Shown: one piece after another, positions 49,101-57,900 of the stretch
Position numbering within the stretch: position 1 is the stretch's first letter
Layout of the letters: every line of letters starts with the position of its first letter
NCBI GenBank assembly: GCA_965140415.1
Contig: OZ223209.1
Span: 3,008,001-3,072,000 of the forward strand
Origin: Myxococcota bacterium
Lineage (GTDB): Bacteria > Myxococcota_A > SURF-8
Reading direction: 5' to 3'
Length of the DNA stretch: 64,000 bases
Translations under genes and position numbers: made by a program
The notes under the pieces: generated by a model
What the model was told of the DNA's origin: nothing
The model's input: only the letters and a program-made list of their open reading frames with translations
Database searches by the model: none

Positions 49101-49152
49101 CGAATACAAACAGAATGCCTGTTTTAAGAAATGCAGATGAGAGATTACCCAT
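46126..49152 (-). CDS. Large Cys-rich lipoprotein with DGD tract and about ten beta-defensin-like 6-Cys modules
   Basis: ATG 49152 after AAGGAG; lipobox LNAC; repeated C-x4-GG-x-C...C...C...CC units. Confidence 0.82.
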   Translation of the reverse strand: MGNLSSAFLKTGILFVFGFGLILNACEKSSTTTFLPCEEDRDCPEGRVCQAGECILIQDGDTDSLGESDQDQSCPDDPTYPPALPPETCKKWQAFRMDPPDCWGWRMVADSTQNGEACFDNENSPGQCVDGTCIANSGDGDQADGDQVDGDSTDGDSTDGDQTDGDLTDGDLADGDAPMNICQQEGGSCNDYTANCPSDSRLLSGDGLCDLGVCCIPLSAIDCYNSGGYCSPTGDPQNSYFTCREGYHAAQSAMECDLFGGDAGEWCCEKDTSPCVAEGGVTNILDDWPDNDQCCEGLDEVSNAVPDEQNQCIALPDGTHYCTYCGDGICGPGENYCRCYEDCATPGQCQENSDCPLDTCYDLPVASVFPVCSQQSYSCDQTSGNCTMAEEIISESICDASSGLCKPWGPTVCESEGNGECIMYGRATCAEGSALNEDPLGCDAMCCLDAACLDEGGYCTMWQTGCKEGFVEGGGVDKDCPGGRSALCCVPEQNTCTPLGGVAIMPDGFCCNGLKAAEMAEVGSNGECLYPDCSCFVCISEGDGFCDEENHENECNSADCEGPIPECLQDSDCPVTACNPSISADYCLLRYHQCEDTECVAYDVGVQEARCDPYSLHCVTNDYSDCEMAGGYCSHYLAGCDDGYEASSDAEQLGCPGGRSALCCRPEPTNECEEEGGFCIGWGPECPQDSTFTDADHQCTYGQCCMPLALGDCANSNGYCESSDVHCINGYTSSQLGGCPYTTPTCCILDSSDCASEGHVVSWGTDEHCCDGLTEAEVASVDSTGQCAYADIAASICLRIGDDICDEDFGENPCNSADCQQYECLSIGGQCVDYWGCPTGYSPAASPQCDQYGHCCLPEDMITCYSNYGGYCSTPQIGCQAGYASAGESMGCEYIRGDSGICCIATPDRCTSDEDCGGGSCEDTDDGCLETLSHCDSGDCVYAGVEIPGGHCDSTGQCVAGQADCVEDLGGFCASWMTGCPADSQSVDAACGDQVCAGGCICCVSGQP

Positions 49153-49230
49153 GATCGGCTCCTTGACGTGACACAACAAAATCGATTCTTCGAAGCTGAA
49201 ACGCGCTCGGATGTTGAACAGTTATAACTG

Positions 49231-49246
49231 AGCAAATAATATGCCA
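49231..49246 (-). promoter_or_regulatory. Putative sigma-54 (-24/-12) promoter
   Basis: Minus strand TGGCATATTATTTGCT, exact GG-N10-GC spacing, ~80 bp upstream of ATG 49152. Confidence 0.6.
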
Positions 49247-49438
49247 TCTTTGACAGGATTGTCGATCATAAAAGACCAATGAAATTATTGTGTATTTTAA
49301 CGATGCTGATTTCTACATGATCTTGGGTGACGGAGTCTGTGTAAAGACGGCTTGACAGATAGCGAAATGTGTTATCTGAAAGAAAAAATTGTGGCCAAAC
49401 CATCGAGCACTATCCGTGATTTTAAGAATCAGGTATTG

Positions 49439-51421
49439 CTACCGACGACGATTGCGAAAAATGGAGAAGTCAAGCCCGTACATACACTGAAAGCGCTTGA
49501 TAAAACCGATTTTCCAGTGACTGGTCAAGTAAGCGCGGCGAAGGTGGCGGGGTTTGAATAAAATGGAACGTTTTACGGGAGTTGCGAAATAGCGGGCGCT
49601 TTCAATTTCATCGAAGGAATCGACATGCTTCAGATCACCCAGCTTTCGACTTTGTAAACAAGTCGGATTTTCAACCAAATCTCGAATCTTGGAAAAAGCC
49701 GTTTCTTTTGAAAGAACGATTTCCGGCAGAAGCTGCTTTGCCTCCAAATAGTCATGGATGAAATCCAGTGCGCCGGCCTGCATCTGTTCTGCATATCGCA
49801 TCTGCTGCGGGATCGTGTTCTTTTCGAAAACCGGTTCGATGCAATCGACTCCTTCACGGTATCCGCACACACTGCCGTGCGGCGCGCTTAAAAGAAATTC
49901 GAACAATGGAACGCATCGCAGAATGTTTTTATGAATATCCTGCGGCAAACTGGCTTCGCAAAGATAGCCGTGCATGTTGTGCCCGCCATGAGAAAGACGC
50001 TTGGCTTCTGCAAACGTGCCCAGGTAATAGCCATTTAGCCATTGTGGACGCTGTACACTTTCTAGCAGTGAAAGTAAGGCATTCTGCATGCTTCCCTGCC
50101 AGCCGATATCCACAATCGCAACCGAACTCGTGTTCCAGAAGCCGGATTCTTCCAAATATCGCACAACGAGTTCACGCTCGCGAGCAACGCTCTGTTCGAT
50201 GCAATCCTTTACGCTGCGCAATAAACCGAGCAATTGCTCGCGATGTTTTACCGGATTCACGATGTCTTCCGCTGATTGAAACCCGGAGGCGAGAATTTCC
50301 GATAGATGCTTGCTCGGGTCCAGGCGCAAGGCTTGCAGATAATGAGAAACAGGCAAGGGTTCCGATTCCGTAACGAACAATTCGAGTTGCTCGTCATTGA
50401 AATCGTGTAAGGCCGCGAATGACAGGGCTTTCCTGGATGCATACAGGTAGCTTGATGGCGGTAGTTCAGGATGCATCGTCCGGTAACATCGATAGACTTT
50501 TTCCAAAATGTAACCGTCACGAGAAAGAAAATACACCTGCTGAATGTTATCAGACAGCAAACGCTTTGCCAGCCACTCGATAAAGCCGATATAAAGAATT
50601 CCGACCGACTCAACTCCCAATCGGTACCAGAATTCCTTTTCGGCATCCAGCACCGGACGTTGGTGATACAACCTTGCGTTTCTAATCCCATACTGTAGGG
50701 AGCGATCCAAAGCGGGCGTTTCGATAGGAACGTTCTCCTGATCGTTTTTTGTCGCCACATCTCGGCAGCGTTGGTAAAAAAAGGCTTTCAGACCATGAGC
50801 TTTGGCGCGCACGACATCGGAGAGTTCGTCATCTCCGATATGCAGAATATGGTTGGGCGATACTTGTAGCCATTCAACCATGCGCTCAAACATGCCACCA
50901 TCGCGTTTGCTGGCACCCAACTCGTTGGAAACAAGTAGAAAATCGTAGCTGTCATAGCCGTTTTCGTGGAGCATCTTTTCCAGTGCCGAAGAGGGCAGGT
51001 ACATATCTGAAGCGAAAACGATTCGTTTCTTTTCGGAACGTGCGAACTGGTAAGCCTCATGCATGCTTGGATTGGCGAAACAACATTGCAGTTCCAAATC
51101 GATTTCCATAGACAGTAAGCGATTGCAGATTTCGGGATTAAGAGATTTCTTCCTGCCGAGCACGTCATAGATTTCTCGTATTGAGACTTCTCTGGAGCCT
51201 CTCAGTTGATAGGCCAGTTCCCGCGCTTCTCGTTCCGCTTGAATGCGCGTGGAGGCAAAATCGAAAGGCAAGGCAATCTTTTGCAAACTTGCTCGTTTTT
51301 CCAATAGCTGAAACACATGATGCGGATGCAGCAGTCGCCTGAAAACCACGGTATCGAAAATGTCGAATGAAACCACTTGTGCATGATGTATGGCACTTCG
51401 TAATTTCTCTTCAATCGGCAT
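49439..51421 (-). CDS. HAD-superfamily hydrolase of the type found in surface-polysaccharide loci
   Basis: VSFDIFDT, SDMYLP, SKRDG, HIGD...D, FLSRDG, YASR, VDIGWQGSMQ, SAPHGS; start probably MPIEEK at 51421. Confidence 0.85.
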   Translation of the reverse strand: MPIEEKLRSAIHHAQVVSFDIFDTVVFRRLLHPHHVFQLLEKRASLQKIALPFDFASTRIQAEREARELAYQLRGSREVSIREIYDVLGRKKSLNPEICNRLLSMEIDLELQCCFANPSMHEAYQFARSEKKRIVFASDMYLPSSALEKMLHENGYDSYDFLLVSNELGASKRDGGMFERMVEWLQVSPNHILHIGDDELSDVVRAKAHGLKAFFYQRCRDVATKNDQENVPIETPALDRSLQYGIRNARLYHQRPVLDAEKEFWYRLGVESVGILYIGFIEWLAKRLLSDNIQQVYFLSRDGYILEKVYRCYRTMHPELPPSSYLYASRKALSFAALHDFNDEQLELFVTESEPLPVSHYLQALRLDPSKHLSEILASGFQSAEDIVNPVKHREQLLGLLRSVKDCIEQSVARERELVVRYLEESGFWNTSSVAIVDIGWQGSMQNALLSLLESVQRPQWLNGYYLGTFAEAKRLSHGGHNMHGYLCEASLPQDIHKNILRCVPLFEFLLSAPHGSVCGYREGVDCIEPVFEKNTIPQQMRYAEQMQAGALDFIHDYLEAKQLLPEIVLSKETAFSKIRDLVENPTCLQSRKLGDLKHVDSFDEIESARYFATPVKRSILFKPRHLRRAYLTSHWKIGFIKRFQCMYGLDFSIFRNRRR

Positions 51422-51571
51422 GTTACAATTCCTCTCGTTGGAGTGCAGAGTCATTTCTCCCACTCCCGACACATGATGAATGCCGCATCATACGACGCAA
51501 TATGAGCAACGTCAATTTTGGTTGAATGTATTGTGCATTGCAGTTTTTAATAATTAATTCGAATAAGGGGG

Positions 51572-51600
51572 TTGACAAACCTCGATCGTGCTACTAATAT
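51572..51600 (+). promoter_or_regulatory. Sigma-70 promoter with direct repeats flanking the -10 element
   Basis: TTGACA-17 bp-TAATAT; ATCGTGCTA at 51585-51593 and 51605-51613. Confidence 0.6.
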
Positions 51601-51606
51601 CATAAT

Positions 51607-51694
51607 CGTGCTAACGCAAAATACTCTTTCTCCTCTTATTTTCCCCGTGCGCAAAACGCTCTGTTGCCATATTGCAACAGGGCGTTTTGACTTT
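51607..51694 (+). ncRNA. Candidate small RNA (~85 nt)
   Basis: Own promoter, CU-rich stretch CTCTTTCTCCTCTTATTTTCCCC, then a 16-bp hairpin (51652-51689); no credible ORF. Confidence 0.4.
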
Positions 51695-51864
51695 AAGCTG
51701 CCTCTGAAAATAGCTATTCGTCGCGAGAACGCATCTTTTGCGAGACCAGGCGTTTTTCCGCAGTCCGCAGGCATATCCTGTAGATACGTCGAGGATTGAG
51801 AAAAACGATCCGGGCCTAAAAGTAGTGTTCGTTGCAGAATATGGATTTTTAGAGGCAGCCTTAA
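51693..51864. mobile_element. MITE-like long imperfect palindrome
   Basis: Terminal inverted repeats GCTGCCTCTGAAAAT / ATTTTTAGAGGCAGC flanked by TTAA on both sides; internal arms pair (TATTC/GAATA, GAACGC/GTGTTC, CGTTTTTC/GAAAAACG, CAGTCC/GGATTG). Confidence 0.55.
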
Positions 51865-51878
51865 TTACACTTCTATTA

Positions 51879-51907
51879 TTGACCCATCCGTCTCCATTCG
51901 ATACAGT
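51879..51907 (+). promoter_or_regulatory. Sigma-70-type promoter of the 51949 gene
   Basis: TTGACC-17 bp-TACAGT about 40 bp upstream of the start. Confidence 0.5.
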
Positions 51908-51948
51908 CTCTTCATCGCATCGTATCCATATCGATCAAGCAGGAGAAA

Positions 51949-53175
51949 ATGTCCATGCTCAGCAAGATCTTTAATACCGTGATTTCAGTTCTATTAGTTT
52001 TATCTGCGTTGTCTCTTATTGGCTGTAATGAAGGGGACGAAACGAACGCGAATGGAGACTATGACGGAAATGAAAAGTCAGAAGATTCGCAACCGGACGA
52101 AAACGCCTGTTCTTCCGGTATCATTACGACCGGGTTTGGTTTTTCCTGGCAGAATGTAAACCACCGGATTTCATGGTTGAAGCTTGCACCGACATCCACG
52201 ACGTGCGAATCGGATGACAACGAAAAAACGCTTACGGCGGGCTTCATTGGAGGCGACTGGTCCACCGGCGACATGATGACGGATATTCCAACCGTGCAAT
52301 ACAACTACGAAGATCTGAGTGATTCTGATGTAATCGGTCTTTATAGCGGTTCCGTCGAACTAACGATTAACGCTCCGCAAAACGTGGCAGAAAGTATCGT
52401 TTCAGTAACGCTGGAGGAAGCGAAACTTAGCGGTTTCGATGACTACGTGGTGTTGGTCAATGGCCTGGAGTTGAACACGAATACACCTCAGAGCGATCAA
52501 TATCCGAGTTCCTACCAGCCTGAAATGGGCTACACCAGCCGTGGATTGGGTGCCTGGTGCAGTATTCCTGAAATTTCAAATGGCGAACTAAACTTTACAG
52601 TCGGTTTGCGCTTCGATCACGGCCCCTCGGACAGACCGAACATGAACGAGGCCATTCCCTTCGCTCGCACCGTGGGCGTTCTTCATTATCTTGTCGTGGC
52701 TGTGGAAGACGGACAAATCGATTCCTTCTCCCATCAGTATGAGATGACCTACGACAAACCGGAAGTGATGGTCGACCAGCAACTTGAACATGCAGAACGA
52801 TCGGATCGAACGGTGCAGGTGACTTTGTCTGACGGCTTAACACAAATCCTTCTAGGCTGGCGCAAGTTCAATATGGAACTCGACCCGGATGGAACAGCAG
52901 ACGAGCAGGGAGATGAACCGATCGGATACTATATGCGGGAACTGTCGGTTAATCTCGATCTGTTGTCATACGATGAGCAAACCGGTGATGCGGAGATCGA
53001 TATCGATGGCTATGCCTCCAATTCAACCGGCTTTATCGCTTACTATCCGATGATTCATCGATTCAGTGCGGAAGTCGCTGCCATCCAGCTTCCTCGTGAC
53101 ATCTCGGAATCGCACCAGGTTGAAAAAAGCTTCCAGACCGGGGAAACGACCATTGAACTAAAAGGAGATGAATAA
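51949..53175 (+). CDS. Hypothetical beta-rich lipoprotein
   Basis: AGGAG RBS, lipobox LIGC, short acidic linker; no family recognised. Confidence 0.75.
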   Translation: MSMLSKIFNTVISVLLVLSALSLIGCNEGDETNANGDYDGNEKSEDSQPDENACSSGIITTGFGFSWQNVNHRISWLKLAPTSTTCESDDNEKTLTAGFIGGDWSTGDMMTDIPTVQYNYEDLSDSDVIGLYSGSVELTINAPQNVAESIVSVTLEEAKLSGFDDYVVLVNGLELNTNTPQSDQYPSSYQPEMGYTSRGLGAWCSIPEISNGELNFTVGLRFDHGPSDRPNMNEAIPFARTVGVLHYLVVAVEDGQIDSFSHQYEMTYDKPEVMVDQQLEHAERSDRTVQVTLSDGLTQILLGWRKFNMELDPDGTADEQGDEPIGYYMRELSVNLDLLSYDEQTGDAEIDIDGYASNSTGFIAYYPMIHRFSAEVAAIQLPRDISESHQVEKSFQTGETTIELKGDE

Positions 53176-53801
53176 TGAGTCTCCTTCCCGTTCGAGCCCA
53201 ACTCGCCAGTTCTTCAGCTGGAATCGTTGCGCTGACAAGGCGACTGGGGTATCGTCGGGCCTTGGCGGCCTCGATGGCGACTCTTCCTGTAGTTTTGGGA
53301 AAAGATCCTTTTTCGGTTCTTGGAAAAGCCGCTACCGCGCGGGAGAAGGCCAGTCGAAAACAGATCGCTCCCGCCATTGCGTTGTATGGGTATTTGAAGA
53401 ACAGGGTAGGGCAACAGGACGCTCTTGATTGCATGAAAGATGTGATCGTCTCGGCAACCTTGGCATTTCTTTCTTATACCATAGGGGAAATCCCGGTGCA
53501 GCGTTATCTAAGTAGTGATGAATCCGGCAGGCGTGACATGCTCGAACGGATTGCGGATCGTTTTTTCAATGCCGACAGCCAGATCGTCGGAGTAAGCGAC
53601 CGAGAGTTTTCCATGCATGTTTCGCGCTGCGATTTTCCCAGGCTTTGTCGTTCTGTTGGAATGGAAGAGTTGGCTCCCTTGTTTTGCGTAGGTGATATGG
53701 CTTATTTCAATCGTACTGAGAGTGTCGTTCGATTGCAGCGAGAAACGACCATCGCCGAAGGAGGGGATTGTTGCCCCTTCGTTTTTACCATGAAGGATTA
53801 A
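53175..53801 (+). CDS. L-2-amino-thiazoline-4-carboxylate hydrolase-like (ATC_hydrolase) family protein
   Basis: VSRCDF..LC...G..EL..LFCVGD...RETTIAEGGDCCPF pattern. Confidence 0.72.
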   Translation: MSLLPVRAQLASSSAGIVALTRRLGYRRALAASMATLPVVLGKDPFSVLGKAATAREKASRKQIAPAIALYGYLKNRVGQQDALDCMKDVIVSATLAFLSYTIGEIPVQRYLSSDESGRRDMLERIADRFFNADSQIVGVSDREFSMHVSRCDFPRLCRSVGMEELAPLFCVGDMAYFNRTESVVRLQRETTIAEGGDCCPFVFTMKD

Positions 53802-53808
53802 GTTCACG

Positions 53809-54735
53809 ATGATAATGCAGCAGTGGGAACAGGAACATTCGAGTACTGTATTTAGTTATGAGCGGAAAGAACTGAATCTGCATGGTTCCACGTTTTCTTA
53901 TCTCGACTGGGCCAGCCCGCGTAAACGACCGCCTCTTCTTCTGTTCAGCCACGCCAATGGAATGAATGCCTTGACGTACCGCCGCTTGTTGGAGCCGCTA
54001 GCCGATGAAATCGCACCGATTGCTTGGGATTTTCGTGGCCAGGGTTTCAGTTTTGGAAGGCAAGGGCAGCAATTGAACGGCTGGGAAGATTACGCCCGGG
54101 ATATGATCGATTTTCTCGAAACCTTACCTACACCGATCGTTTTAGCGGGACATTCATTAGGCGGCGTAACCAGTCTGATCGTCGCACACATGAGGCCGGA
54201 TCTGGTCAAGGGTCTGGTGCTGATCGATCCCGTCATTTTCCCGCCTTCCTTGCTTGTAATTTTCAAACTATTGAGATTATTCAATATCCACGACCGTTTC
54301 CCCATTGCCGTGCGAGCATCGAAGCGACAGGCAATCTGGGAAAGCCCTGAGCAACTGTTTAATTCCTATCATGGACGAGGTGCTTTCAAGACCTGGCCGG
54401 ATGAAATCTTGCGGGATTATTTGTCAGGCGGAGTTTTTGAAAGAGAAGACGGCAAGGTTGAATTGTGTTGTTCCCCGGCCTGGGAGGCAAGAACATTCAG
54501 TTTTACGCCGACGAAGCCCTGGAAATGGGTGAAACAACTAAAAATGCCTCTAACTGTCGTGTACGGTAACGAATCGAATGCCTTTTTAAAACCTGCTGCG
54601 GATCGCATCAAGCGCTTGCAACCCAATGCGAAAATGATTGGCGTCGATTCCGCTACACACTTCGTTGCGATGGAAGAACCGGAAATCACACGCGAAGCTA
54701 TTCGTAACATGTGTTTAGCATTAAACAATATCTAA
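53809..54735 (+). CDS. Alpha/beta-fold hydrolase
   Basis: HANG oxyanion motif, DFRGQG, GHSLGG nucleophile elbow, LIDPV, THFVAME. Confidence 0.88.
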   Translation: MIMQQWEQEHSSTVFSYERKELNLHGSTFSYLDWASPRKRPPLLLFSHANGMNALTYRRLLEPLADEIAPIAWDFRGQGFSFGRQGQQLNGWEDYARDMIDFLETLPTPIVLAGHSLGGVTSLIVAHMRPDLVKGLVLIDPVIFPPSLLVIFKLLRLFNIHDRFPIAVRASKRQAIWESPEQLFNSYHGRGAFKTWPDEILRDYLSGGVFEREDGKVELCCSPAWEARTFSFTPTKPWKWVKQLKMPLTVVYGNESNAFLKPAADRIKRLQPNAKMIGVDSATHFVAMEEPEITREAIRNMCLALNNI

Positions 54736-54906
54736 CTTACCAATAATACTTGATAATAATTCAAAGTACAAACATGGACCACCTCCAGGTCTACCCATCA
54801 TTTTTTGTCCCCTGTGCTTCTATATATTCTGAATAGGCAAATTGGAATTTGTTTTTGATATTTTTCATCTTTGTGTTAGGGTTTCGTTAGGGGCTGAAAT
54901 CTGATT

Positions 54907-57900
54907 ATGGAGATGAGAGTGAATACTGCACTTTTGGGGTCTCTTTTCCAGCGATTGTTCATCATCTTGTTTTTGCTTCTCTTGGGGGTGTCAGGCTCGG
55001 CAAACGCGGAAACACCGGTTTATCGAATCTACGATGTAAGAGATGGCTTTAATGCTCACATTTACAATGTCGTACAAGATAAAGACGGTGTAATCTGGTT
55101 GAGTCAGGATGGCGGTGGCATTCTTGCCTTCAGTAGCTTAGGGACCAAGCACTTTACAACTCGCGAAGGATTACCTTCAAATTCCAACAACAATATCATT
55201 TACTCAAAAAATGGTCGCTTATGGGTTTCCATGTCCGATGGCCCCCCGATATGGCAAGAAAGTGACAGTACCAAGGGGTGGACGGCAACTTCCGGGCATG
55301 GATTTCTTGGTTCCAATTACATCATGGAAACCATATCCGGCGACATCCTGATCGCCACAAAAAACGGTGTACTGGTTTTAAAGGACAACGAATGGAAGCC
55401 CTGGAAAGTCTTCGACGAAGAGTACCACCGGTTCACCTTTTTATTTCAGGATTCCAGGGGATTGATTTTCGGAGTAGAGAACCAGGGCATTTTGTGGCAA
55501 CTTCATCCGGGAGAACCGAAACGACTATTTAGTGACGATCAGAATTTCGAACGCCAGATGCGGTTGTTCGAAGATGGAAATGGGCGAATCCTCGTTACTG
55601 GCCATTCACAAGGTTTGAAAGAGCTGACATTCACCGGGGAACTGGTCGAGGCACAACCTGAAGCTTCCCAGCTTCCAAGTGACATGGTTATCAATACGGT
55701 TCATGCAAGCCGAAACGGTGACTTGTTCCTCGGTAGCTGGGGATCCGGAGTCTTACTATTCAAGAACGGGAAATTGATCCAAAAACTGGATAAGCGCTAT
55801 GGGCTACCGTCGGTTCACATTGAATCGATCTTCGAAGATCGCGAAGGCAATCTGTTCATTACCGGAATCGGCGGCGGATTATACGTAATGATCAATTCCG
55901 AAAAAAGCCAGTTTCGAAACATTACCCACTCCGACGGCTTAATGGGTGACATTGTTTGGGGAAGCCTGCGTGACAGCACAGGCTCGCTTAAAGTGTTGTC
56001 ACATGGGAATTTGTTAACGACTTTTGATAAGAATCACACAACCAGTCAACTCGATTTAAAGAAAATCGGCATTGGTGGCACGATGCTTGGATTGCGTCAA
56101 TTCGAACCCGATTCGTTCTGGGTATATGGAATCGGTGGTGCATTTCAGTTGAATCGGGAGAACAAGCTCATTCACCATCTGGCACCCTGCGAAGGCTTTA
56201 TTTCGCAAAACATTCGATGCTTACATCAAACACAAGACAAATCATTGTACCTATGCACTTCCGATCACGGATTGGTGAAAGTTAGTGAAGATGGCACAAC
56301 CCGATCTTTCAGTCGTGAGACCGGATTTACAGACTCCGTTTTAGCCTTGACGCCAATTTCCGACGGTCGCTTTGCATTGGCGACCGATAACGGAATTGGC
56401 TTTTTAGACCCAAGCACCGGCAAAACGACATTGATTGATCGCTACAAAAATTTAGCGGTCAATGGGTTGTCTGATGTTGCACAAGATACGGAAGGAAGAA
56501 TATGGTTCGCCTCATCTCGTGGTGTTTTTCGTTATGAAGACGGGAAAATTCACCTGTTCACTACGAGAGATGGTCTTCCAAACGACAATGTATACTTGGT
56601 TGTTTCTGATCTGTTAGGAGCGATCTGGGTTGGTACTGCCAACGGAGTCGCTCGCATCAGCGCTAACGATTCGGTTAGCGAGTTCGGCTTCGACGATGGC
56701 ATGATCAATCCTGAAACCAATGGCAATTCAGGCTATCTGGATCGAGATGGCACGATTTGGTTCGGTACGCCAACCGGATTGTCAGGTATTCAACCCGCCA
56801 ATTTGCGTATTGATTCGGAACCTCCCAATATTATCGTGTTTGATATTCAGGTAAATGACCGTCAACCGGAGAATTTCTCTCGTTACGTTCTACCGAATCA
56901 GCCCTATCAACTTGAATTACCTCACGACAAAAACAACATTACGATCAGCCTGACAAGCATCGATATCGCCCGGCCCGATAGTTTGCGTTTCCAGACTCGG
57001 CTTGTTGGCGCAGATGTGAACTGGTCCACGCCGAGTAGTATGCGATTCATTCAATACCGCAGCCTGCCTCCTGGAGATTATCGTTTTGAAGCAAAGGCAT
57101 GCAAGGTAGATGGTATTTGCACCACAAAGCCAGCACAAATTCATATTGCGATCATTCCTCCTTTTCACGACACGCTGGTCTTTAAGATTTCTTTTGCGGT
57201 CTTTCTTCTTGGACTGGCTTTCGTGTTGTATCGCTTGCGGGTTAGAGCACTGCTTCATAGAAGGCAGCAATTGGAAAAGGCCGTCGAAGATCGAACTCGT
57301 GAAGTGCGCGAAATGAGCCTGCGGGACTCTTTAACCAACCTGCGTAATCGCCGGTATATCCACGAATCCATGGTCGATCGTTTCCAAATAAGCTCATCGC
57401 ACCTACAGAATAATCGACGCATGTCCAAAACCACGTTCGGTTTGCTTATGGTGGATATCGATCTATTCAAGCATGTAAACGATAGCTACGGCCATGATTC
57501 GGGTGACATGGTGCTACGTCAATTCGCAGGTTTATTGGAAGAGAGCGTTCGTCACGAAGATATTGTTTGTCGTTGGGGCGGAGAAGAGTTTCTGCTGGTT
57601 CTATCCAACCCAAATATGGCTATATTGAAAATGTTGGCCGAGCGTATACGGCAGCGCGTCGAACGTCATTCCTTCGATATAACCGGAAATCGAACCATCC
57701 ACTTGACCTGCTCGCTGGGCGTTGTCATGATGCCGTTTTTGCGCGACCCGGTGGATGGAGATTGTTGCTGGGAAAGTGTACGTATGCTTGCGGATCAAGC
57801 CCTGTACCGTGCAAAAGCTTTGGGGCGCAATCGCTGGTGCTTGCTTCAGGAAGGCAGCAATACTCCGAAAAAGAATGGTATTGAAAGAATGTTGACCGAT

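Noticed and set aside
51805-51850. GATCCGGGCCTAAA as part of a c-di-GMP-I riboswitch
   Set aside because: The GGCAAA...GAAA...GACGCAAA first stem is missing; the segment is better explained as an arm of the MITE-like palindrome.
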